Shown here in pieces: positions 54,228 to 64,000 of a DNA stretch of 64,000 bases (positions are counted from its first letter, which is position 1; every line of letters begins with the position of its first letter). The notes under the pieces are model-generated. The model was not told where the DNA came from. It did not search any database and worked only from the letters and a program-made list of their open reading frames with translations. Origin of the DNA: Podarcis melisellensis (lineage: Eukaryota); NCBI GenBank assembly GCA_964234715.1, contig OZ174280.1, one strand, 5' to 3'. The translations under genes were made by a program, and so were the position numbers.

Positions 54228-55340
54228 GTATATTAATTTAATTCAATTTATTTTTCTGTTCCACATAATTTCAGAACGTTCAGACAGGTCTATAGCCCTA
54301 AATAAAATATCCAACTGCTAAAACATTTAAGAAATATAAAAGATAAAGCACCATCTTAACCTTGGGCTAAAGTTTCCAACTAAAATTTTTTAAAAATCAG
54401 AATTACTTGCAAGCTAGGGCTTTGTATTGTAGGGATGGGGAACCTGTAGTTGCACTACAACTACCATAATCTCTGATACGCTGAATTAGGCTGATGGGAT
54501 ACACAGGGATAAGCATATTGTTTGGGGCAACTAATTTTTGAGGCAAGCATTTGACTTGATTGTCACTTAGGTCACTTCCTTGTGTGCTGTTTCTAGGCAG
54601 GGGTCTGTGCTTTCATGCTCAGTGACTGAGTCCTTTTCTATTTCCCCCAGCACTTTCTCTGTGAAAACCTGTTCTTTACCGCTGAATTGAAGCAAATGGA
54701 AATCCACAGAAAACCCAAATTGCCACTTGTTTCAATGCAGCATAAATAGCAGGTTTTCCTTGAGAAAGCAACGGGGGGGGGGGGCGGAAATCAAAGCGCT
54801 CAGACACAGAGCTTGCAAGCATGAACATGCACCTAGAAAGCACTGTGTGGATGAGCCCTTGGTGTTAAATTATTTGAGTGATGGTCATGAATGTATGAAC
54901 TTGCCCTTAGGATGTGAGGCTTCTCCAAGCACCTATGTGAAGGAGTTTCCCTCAGTCAACCTGCTGAGAATATTAAAATTCGAATGACAACTGAATGGCG
55001 GTACTTCCACTAGAAATGTTTTGGAGCTGCTGTAGTTGCAGTTTCCCAATGCCTAGTCCATTGAAGAATAATAATAATGCCATATTGAAGAGATGGTGAT
55101 GGAGAGTGCACTGTGGTGAGCCTTAGCCAAGTTTGTGTAAATGCAAACTTCTGTGATATGTTTCACTAAAGTTTAACACAGCTTCACTCCAAGTTTAGCA
55201 CTGTCATTCTGTAACCTGTGGGGTGGAGTGGATTTCTGTCCAGTGAGTGATGAGACCAGGTAAACTATTTCCTGTCTGACTTGAAGCTTACTAGATATTT
55301 GCTAACTGTAGTTTGTAGAGATTTACTAACCACAAATTAC

Positions 55341-55430
55341 CATAGCTGTCAACATTTCCTTTTTTTTAAGGGAAATTCCCTTATTCCGAATAGGATTCCT
55401 TGCAAGAAAAGGGAAAAGTTGACAGCTATG
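55341..55430. mobile_element. 90-bp hAT MITE
   Basis: Perfect 13-bp TIR CATAGCTGTCAAC; perfect TSD CAAATTAC. Confidence 0.88.
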
Positions 55431-55898
55431 CAAATTACAGTTCTGAATTGAACTTCCATTCCTTCTGTTGCACACTAGAAGTGAACTTGTGCATTTAATT
55501 AATAACGATGAGCAGGGTAGTTCAATTATTGTGGGGCCTCTACCTTGTCATCGTAATAAACCTGTACCTTGCAAAAACTCCCACATGGCCTCATCCTAGA
55601 AAAAGCAAGGGAATCCAACTCTTCCTATGTCAGATTTTTATCTTATTACCATTTGGGTATATCAGCTGGGACATTGACATTAAATAATTGACAGTTGGAA
55701 CTCAACTTGTAATATCTATGCTTGAAAATTACTGAAAGCAGACAAATCCTGTGAATCTTGGAATCTGGTAGATGTAATTTATGCATTCATTTTGGCCATT
55801 GGACCATTGACCCAAATATCTTGTGGCCACATTCAGTCTTTCTGTCTGAAGTCTTTGAGAATGGGAGTGGTGGTTGCAGAAAATTCATGGTCTATTTT

Positions 55899-56205
55899 GA
55901 TCAGAAGGTTGGTGGTTCGAATCCCCGCGATGGGGTGAGCTCCCATTGTTCAGTCCCTGCTCCTGCCCACCTCGCAGTTCGAAAGCACGTCAAAGTGCAA
56001 GTAGATAAATAGGTACCACTACGGTGGGAAGGTAAACGGCGTTTCCGTGCGCTGCTCTGGTTCGCCAGAAGCGGCTTAGTCATGCTGGCCACATGACCCG
56101 GAAGCTGTACGCCGGCTCCCTCGGCCAGTAAAGCGAGATGAGCGCCGCAACCCCAGATCGTCCGCGACTGGACCTAATGGTCAGGGGTCCCTTTACCTTT
56201 ACCTT
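55899..56205 (+). mobile_element. Sauria SINE, 5'-truncated
   Basis: B-box GGTTCGAATCC, body as in the other copies, CCTTTACCTTTACCTT tail. Confidence 0.9.
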
Positions 56206-56544
56206 AAACAGGGCTGCCTTCAGATGTCTCCTAAAAGTCTGGTAGTTGTTTTTTCCTTTGACGTCTGGTGGGTGGGTGTTCCACAGGGTGGGTACCACTA
56301 CCGAGAAGACCCTCTGCCTGGTTCCCTGTAACCTCACTTATCGCACTGAGGAAACTGCCAGATGGCCCTCAGCGCTGGATCTCAGTGTCCGGGCTGAACG
56401 ATGGGAGTGGGGACGCTTCTTCAGGTATACTGGACTGAGGCCATTTAGGGTTTTAAAGGTCAGCACCAACACTTTGAATTGTGCCTAGAAACATACTGGG
56501 AACCAATGTGGGTCTTTCAAGACCGGTGTTATGTGGTCTCAGCG
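56206..56544 (-). mobile_element. L2 LINE ORF2 3' fragment
   Basis: Minus translation DHITPVLKD.HWFPV...FKVLVLTFK.LNGL.P.YL...FSVVVPTLWN...FRRHLKAALF. Confidence 0.85.
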
Positions 56545-56772
56545 GGAGAACAAAAAAGGGAGAACAATAATGGTGGTGTTGACCTTGGTTATAAAGATTA
56601 GGTAGTGCTCCTTTGTAGGCTTACTGACAGACCAAATTCTTGCAAATTCACTGCAGTAATTAAGTCTTTATGGAAGGTAATAAATTTGAGATAAGGATAA
56701 TTCTTTTTGAGCTTTTATGTCTCCTTGTTCATGTTGCTCAGGGGTTTTTTTGTGTTTTTTTTTGTCTTGAAG

Positions 56773-56947
56773 AGTGACAGTGGCTATGACTATCTATCAG
56801 TGGCGGAGAAAGAATGTCTTATGTTCCTTGAAGAAACACTAGATTCTCTGGATACTGAAGGAGACAGCGGAGTTTCTACTGATGAGGCAGAGACAGCTGA
56901 GTCTTCTAAGCATCCACGAACGTGGCCTATGAGAGATGTTCCTAAAG
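56773..56947 (+). CDS. C1orf116: C1orf116/SARG exon (SDSGYDYLSVAEKECLMFLEETLDSLDTEGDSGVSTDE...)
   Basis: EKECL.FLEET..SLDTE.DSG.STDE motif; 175 nt; gtaagc donor. Confidence 0.93.
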
Positions 56948-57344
56948 GTAAGCTGAGTTCTCTTGTGATTCTTTAACAGGAATGTTTCAGCTGAAGCATC
57001 ATTCCTGGCTCAGTCAAGGTGGTGGTGAGGAAACAAAGCACAGAACTAGTTTCAGAACTGTAGAGTTCCGTGTGGAAAAAGTGTTTCACATGCATGTTCT
57101 ATTAAGAGCACAAAATTTAGGGGTAGATCTAGTAGCTTGGATGCTAAAAAGCACACATTCATTTTAGCTCCTTTGAACAACTAAAAGTAGCCATAATGAG
57201 CTTGAGTTATCGCTTTAGGTTGGTAACTTAAAGTACTATGGTTCAAGGCAATGCACTTATGCTGTGGAAAAACCAAAGACATTTCCTAACCTCTAAATCC
57301 AGTTCCAGTTTGGTTACAAGCACACATCCCCACCATAGAAACAA

Positions 57345-57375
<31 letters not shown>

Positions 57376-57622
57376 TATTCTCTGTTACTCCTTGAGCTTT
57401 TAATCTAATAAGTACCATGTGTGGGATTTGTTAAAATATCACTTTGATACAGTTAGTATTTTGTTTTTAATTCATCCTTTTGTGGTAAGGCAAATAATTT
57501 AAGGACTTGGGTTTGCTCTTCTCCTCTTTCTCTTTGTTGAGGTTTTGTGATAGTAAGATTGTAAGAACAATACTTACTTCTCCTTCTTTTGTTTCTTTCT
57601 ATCCCCACCCCCAACATTGTAG

Positions 57623-59037
57623 AGCTGGATCATGAAAATCTAGGAAAGCGCAACAAAATTGAACCAAAGAGCAAAAAATGTCTTTCTGGCTCTGTTCCTG
57701 TTGTCACCCCAAATCCAGGTCACCATATCTTTCCAAGGAACATCGGTGTAAAAAGCGCTCCCAAGGTTTCCCTTGCTGAAGCAACAGGGTCTAATGTTGC
57801 TGATTCTCTGAAATGCCAGACTTCATGGGGGTCTCCTAAGCATGAGCCAGTGGACATACCAAATGACAAGCCTAAAATGAGCTCCCAGTTAAGGCCATCT
57901 AACTTGGAATCTATAGTCATCCCACCCCCTGAACCTTTCCAGGACCAGCGGAGGAGTCATCCTAGAAGTGGGCAAGAGCCAAGTGGGACACCTCACTATG
58001 AAAATAAGAGGAATGTTGATGTAGTGGAGGGATATGGGGCTGCAGCTACCCAGACGGAACTTTCACTAGATAAGATGGGGGTAGCAATTGGGAAAGAAGC
58101 CATTCTGAAACCTCTCTCTCCTAAAAGTAGCAAGAAGATTTCTGAACAAATTACTTTTGCTCAAGAAAATTATCAAAAACCTACACTGGAAGAACCTGCC
58201 CTAGATCCCAACTTCAAGCAAGGTCCTCCCACTGCCCCCAAACCCAGGAAACTGCCTCCCAATATTATCCTTAAAACCAGCAAAGGTAATGCTGTGTCAC
58301 TCAATGTGGATCCCAGTCACAAGATAAAGGTTCTGGCTCCATCAAACGGCAGGCCCAGAGCTGCAACTGGTGATTTTTCCATGGAAAAAGTTCATTCAAT
58401 CCAAAATGAACAGGGGAGAGCCAGGAGAGAAGCTCTTAAGAAACTGGGTCTCCCACTAGATCAAGAAAAAGATCCCGATGATCATGTGATCAAAACCACA
58501 CCTTACTCAATTCCAAGAGAAACTCCCAGGACAAGCAGCAGGGAGAATGTAAATATGGATAATGTCACCTCTGATAAGAAATCTGATGAACAGCACAACC
58601 AGGTTGGTGGGAAAGAAATCTACCCAATGGATATCAACCTTGCAGCTGTCAAACAAGTCAATGTCAAATCCAAAACATTGGAGCGTTCAGGTGTTGGTTT
58701 GAGCAGTTGCATCTCTTCTGGGAGCGAGGACCAGAATATTAAGAACAGTGGTTCACATGGCAAAATGTCATTTTTTGACAAGATCACTCCAAACTTTCTT
58801 CGCAGTAGCCGGCCACGCCCAGCTTCCCTTGGCACGGGGAAAGACTTTGTTGATCTGAAGGAAAACAAAATGCATAATGCTGAGTTGGAAAAAAGCGACA
58901 AACGACGATCTTATCCACTTCAGCCCCCCTCTAAGCTGCCCAGGCAACCATGTGTCAGTGTAAAGATCACCCCTAAGGGGGCCACAGAGGAGCATAGAAA
59001 GGAGGCTTTGAAAAAACTTGGTCTATTGAAGGAGTAA
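57623..59037 (+). CDS. C1orf116: C1orf116/SARG last coding exon; protein 567 aa in total
   Basis: GPPTAPKPRKLPPNIILK, RREALKKLGL, RPRPASLGTGKDF, PCVSVKITPKG..EHRKEALKKLGLLKE*; phase matches the previous exon; syntenic next to YOD1. Confidence 0.95.
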
Positions 59038-59316
59038 GCCAAATCATTTGATTAGTACAAAAACTGTGTGTTCAGTTGTGGATAATGAGTATACTTGCTT
59101 GCTCCCTCCGCTTCTTCAGCTAAAATGGGAGGAATTGCAGCATAGGATGAAGGTCTTGTCTAGTCTGTAGACATTCTTGATGGATTAACCAGCACTGGCT
59201 TCAGCTGTCTGCACGAGAACTAGCACTTCTGTAGAGGAGGATTAATTCTGCCATTTACATCTGCCACCACCTTTATAGGATCTTAGGGTGTTGTATATAG
59301 TGTATAAAAGTATGAT

Positions 59317-59362
59317 TATGTATGTATGTATGTATGTATGTATGTATGTACAGGTATGTATG
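59317..59362. repeat. (TATG)n microsatellite in the C1orf116 3' region
   Basis: Seen directly. Confidence 0.9.
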
Positions 59363-60186
59363 AATGAATGCATGACTATGTAATAAGTATGTGGTTAACT
59401 GGAAGGGGGAACTCTCAAAGATCTAAGTTGTAATTACTATGCCAAACTATGAACTCATAGGTCTTGTAACATGACGACAGCCATATGGCTAGAAATCTTT
59501 AGTTAAGATTGAGTTGCAATAATGTTTTTTGGTTCCTTTTTAAAACTCTGGGCCTGATAATTTGCTGCACACAGTGTAGCTGGTGGAATCAGGAGGCCTG
59601 TTTATATCCACTGAGATGACGCATGCGCTAGATATTTAATAAACTGGCAAGAATGCATCGGATATGAATCTTAAGTGTCAAGTTCATGAATGATAAGAAG
59701 TACTTGCCAATTCACCTCCAACATATCTTCAAAATGGCTGGCTAGAATTTGATTAAAAGCAAATGAATACTAGAACTAAAATTGATCTGGTAGATGGTAG
59801 TTTGTTGTACCTGCTTATGTGAACAAATTACTATTGTATGCTCATTGAAAATCATGCAGTATTCTAGAATGAAAATTGCATTAAAAATTGAAAAATAAAC
59901 TATTTTATATGGAGGAAACTTTGGATTTTATTTGGTTAGTAAAACGTGTTAAAATAGTAAAGTGGAGTAGGGAGAACTGGTCTGTGGGAAACACAAAATT
60001 TAACTATAACCTTGAAAGTAAGCATAGTTGCATAAAATCACTGCTATCTCTGGAAAGGTTTGTGGCTCAAACATTACAGGTTCTTTAATGATAATGAGCT
60101 GAAGCTAAACCTACTGTATTTAGCATCACAGTATTAGAGCAAGTGACTCTTTCCCACCATCTCATCTGTTGAGGAACCCCAGCATA

Positions 60187-60427
60187 CAGTGGTACCTCAG
60201 TTTAAGAACAGCCCTGTTTACAAACTATTCGGTTTATGAACTCCCCAAAGCCGGAGGTTGTGTCCTGGTTTGCAAACTTTACCTCAGTCTAAGAATGGAA
60301 TCTGAATGGTGGAAGGGCACTGGCAGTGGGAGGCCTCATTAGGGAAAGCGCGCCTCGGTTTAAGAATGGTTTTGGTTTAAGAACGGACTTCCAGAACAGA
60401 TTACGTTCGTAAACCGAGGTGCCACTG
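60187..60427. mobile_element. Tigger-like MITE downstream of C1orf116
   Basis: TIR CAGTGGTACCTCAGTTTA / TAAACCGAGGTGCCACTG; TA TSD. Confidence 0.85.
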
Positions 60428-60823
60428 TATTTGGCAGCTCAGCAGGTCTCCAATCTATAAGGGAAGGATGGATTTTTGGCTTTGAACTAGCTGAACTGTA
60501 GTATTTATGTGGTGGTGGGGAACACATCAAAAGAGCTTGGGAGCCAATCATCCACTATGATTAAAAAAGTGTTCTTTTGTAAAATCCAAGTGCTCTTGTG
60601 CAACAGTTCTGTTTACATTTTCTTTCCCTCTCTCATGCTTTCCCATCTCAGGAGTTGAATACCATAAGAAATTAGAGAGAAAATGAAAATGTACTGTATC
60701 TTAGTTCAACACTAAACATTGTAACACAATTCTTTTTTAATTATTAGAAACTCATCCAGATATTACTAGGTGCACACAAAACACCTAACCCATTCATTTT
60801 GTTGGTATGTTGTTGTTCTATAT

Positions 60824-61009
60824 CAGGGGTTGTCAACCTGGTCCTTACCACCCACTAGTGAGCATTTCAGGTTTCTAGGTGGGTGGTAGGGGGTTCTACG
60901 GCACAAGCTCAATCCTCCTTCCATCGATCAATGTTGGGCGGTAAGGAAATTTTACCATCAAGAAAGATGCATTAGTGGGCAGTAGGTATAAAAAGGTTTA
61001 CTATCCCTG
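60824..61009. mobile_element. hAT-Charlie-like MITE
   Basis: CAGGG...CCCTG ends; TSD TTCTATAT / TTCTAGAT. Confidence 0.78.
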
Positions 61010-64000
61010 TTCTAGATGAAGTTGCATGAAGAGACTAACAGCATACTTGTACTCTAAAAGTTATTCTGTGGCTAACTGATTTAAAGTCTGATCTGTAGCT
61101 TGGCTTTATTTTACTAGTTGTTCTCTCCCTGCCAACTGCTACCAGCTCTGCCCCAGGATTTTGAACTGTAGAACCAGAGACTGCATGAACAGATTTCTAC
61201 TCTACTACATTTGTTAAATTGGTGATGCTACAAGACTATAGGCATCACTTTGCAGCAGGGAGCCAAATTTATGTCCAGCTCAATATATCTCTGAACTGCA
61301 AGTTGGCAGGACCTCACTCCACCAACTGTGAATAAATACAAAGACATGTGAAGAAAGTAAAATGACTAGTCTGAACATATGACAAAGTCAACTTGTTAAA
61401 ATCACTTCAAAAATATGGGTGAAATGTTTTTATAACTGACTCATGGGGAATGGGGTTAGAGGCAATTCCTGACAGGAACTTGCCAGGGGCATTCTCCTAT
61501 CTACCCTAAATATGCTTCAAATCTACATTTTAGCACTCAGTCCTAATAGTATCCCAAATGTCAACTCAAAATTGCTTGTGTTCCCAGGATACTAATTTAA
61601 CTTATGTCAATTTTAATGGTTGGGTGAACTTTTGTATTGGACTTTGATGCCTTCCTGTTGTTGTTTTTAAAGTTCAAATTTTCTCATGCCAATTTGTTTC
61701 TGACATTAAAGGAAGTAAAAATCCATTTTAGAGTGGAACTTTGGGTGTGGCTCCTGTTAAATAACTGACACCAAAATCCTTAACTAAACATGTAGAAAGA
61801 AGTCTTGTTGATTTTGAAAATGCAACTAATTCCTGCTTACATAACTTTTTTTTTTTGGCTTGGAGGGTAAGCTGGAACTTTTGTTTCACTTGGCCTTCTA
61901 TAAATTTTGCAGTTGACTATTATACTTAACCAGAACTGATATTTGCTATTATATTGGCAAAACAATTCAAACACTCCCAACCTGCCCCCACCCCATTTTA
62001 TGGCAGGCTGGAAGGGTTTTTGAATTGAATAGATGTATCCCTCTGCTCAGCTGAGCTGGCCTCTTGCCATCTGCTATAGATGGAGTGGTCCAGAAAGCAC
62101 TCCCTGACCTTAGGTCAACTGAATGTGCAAGTGGGTGGGAGGCTCACAAGCAGAAAGCCCCGAAATGGGGTTCTGAGGGCAGGGAGAGGCAGGACCAAGA
62201 CACCTTTGGATCTCTTACAATCCTGAGTAGTCTCACTGCCATCACCCAGTGGCATTGGGCCTGCTCCAGACCTGATCTCTGCACCACCCGGCAGCTGGCA
62301 CAGGGATCAAATCCAATTGCCCTCTCCCCTTCCTCAGCTCCTGCAATGGCCAATTTGAGCAGCTGGGTTTAAGATGTGGCAGTGGCTCCCCACAGCCATG
62401 CCAGCAGTGGGTGAAGTTTTTGATTGTGCCCTGACTTTGGAAGTTTGTTCATCACATTTGTGTGCTAATAAAAGAACTATGTTTATAATGGCCTAATTCA
62501 AAATCATGTATGCAAGTTGCTACATATCCTTTGTACAAAGACTGGTAGTGGCTTGCTGGTGTTTACAATGCTAATTTAAACCAATTATTCTTGTGCTTCC
62601 ATTAAAGTATATTCAAGCTCTTACATATGCATGTAGTTCTGCCATTAAACTGCCTTAAGTAACTTTAAAAGTACTACGACACTAGAGCTGATTAGGAATT
62701 GCAGAACATCTTTAATAATCATATTGGAAATGTCATAGTTGGAAATAAATAGCAGGTGAACTTGCAAAGGTAAATGAATGTTAATCGTAATCAGACAATT
62801 AATCAGTGGCATACAGACACGTATGCAACTGGACCATAAGAAGCTGCCTTGTTTGCAGTCAACCCTTAGGGTCTTCTGGCTCAGTATGGCCTACAGGAAT
62901 TCCCCAGGTTTTCGGGTGGGGATCTTTCATAGCCCTAACAGGAAATGTGCACTGGTCCCTGCCAAAGTGGAAGTGTCTCCAAAATGAATCAGTTATGCCT
63001 GCTCCACACACATATTTCCCTGCTATAGTAGCCTCTTAAGCTGTGAGCGGTGCTGCCCCTAGTTTAAGAGATTGCAGGGGAGGCGAGACAAGTAATGTGT
63101 GGGTAGATGGCTGATTCTATTCACAGACATGCAAATCTCTAAAATGAATCTGGTGAAGTTTGGGAAAGTTATTTGTGTGTAGTTTCTTTCTCTTCCACAT
63201 GAATGCCATACTTTCGTATTTAGTGGTGGAAAAGGCAGGTGGAGAATGATGGATCAGCTTTGCAAGCAGCGACAGCTCCTTAATCCTGGAGTTTGTATCC
63301 TGACAGGCCCATGCATGTGGCCTTCTACTACAAGGGATCTATTTAATGTGGCAGGCTTTGTTCTTGGCACAGCTGTGATGTTATGCAACACATGCCTAGT
63401 ACAAGGCCACTGGAAAGTATGTACCATGCTCAGGGTTCAGGCTGTGCCGAAAAGTTCTGAACCCAATATTTAACAGCCCGTAGAGGCTTGAGTCTCATTC
63501 ATTTTAAATACTGTATGCAAATCAAATCAAAATTTCAACAAGCCTGGAACTGGTGAGGTTTTAAAGGCAGGTTCTTTAGGTTTTATGCAGTCTTGCATTT
63601 TAGTATGTTGATTGACCTTATTTGCTTTGATTACTATAACGCTTTAAATGTTTGTTTATGATAAACCCATTCCGACATTGCCATTTCACACAATGCAGTC
63701 AGTACTGGTTCAAAGTTCAAGTTCACAAATTGCAACAACGTAGGATGTGCAATATGTTTTTCAATTTTTTTTGTCTTTAACCTTTATGGTTTTATATTGC
63801 AAACCACCGTGGCATATTTTTATGATACAGCGGTATATAAATATTTTTTGTAAATAAATAACTTATTCTAACTACCCTGGGTTGGATTAAGCTTTTAGAG
63901 GCCCTGTGCGCTGCAAAGATTATGGTGCCACTCATATGTTATTAAAAATAAAACAATACTAAACAGTAGGGAAGTCAAACAAAATTCTGGCCATTCCCAT

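Overview
Vertebrate genomic DNA from a squamate. Sauria SINEs and a Squam3-like SINE point to a lacertid lizard (inference). The window holds the conserved PFKFB2-YOD1-C1orf116 block, syntenic with human 1q32. PFKFB2 is on the minus strand: 14 coding exons, join 22722..1909, 1584 nt, 527 aa. It shares a CpG-island promoter head-to-head with YOD1 (plus strand, 2 exons, 24346..27207, 304 aa OTU deubiquitinase with a long, miRNA-site-rich 3' region). C1orf116/SARG follows on the plus strand (3 coding exons, 54114..59037, 567 aa). All exons were read from the sequence with GT-AG boundaries and consistent phase. Introns and intergenic DNA carry many TA-flanked Tc1/mariner-Tigger MITEs, hAT MITEs with 8-bp TSDs, SINEs, LINE ends (CR1, L2, RTE) and probable solo LTRs. 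The most striking structure is a young Penelope-like insertion in the last PFKFB2 intron (2248..2506, 12-bp TSD). It is a perfect 116-bp-arm palindrome with a minimal hammerhead ribozyme core on each strand, about 127 nt from the acceptor of the regulatory C-terminal exon. Other points of interest: a 52-bp CTCF-like site copied into a hAT MITE, two Sauria SINE subfamilies at one amplified target, and let-7/miR-21 sites downstream of YOD1. Family and repeat names come from recognised motifs, not database searches.
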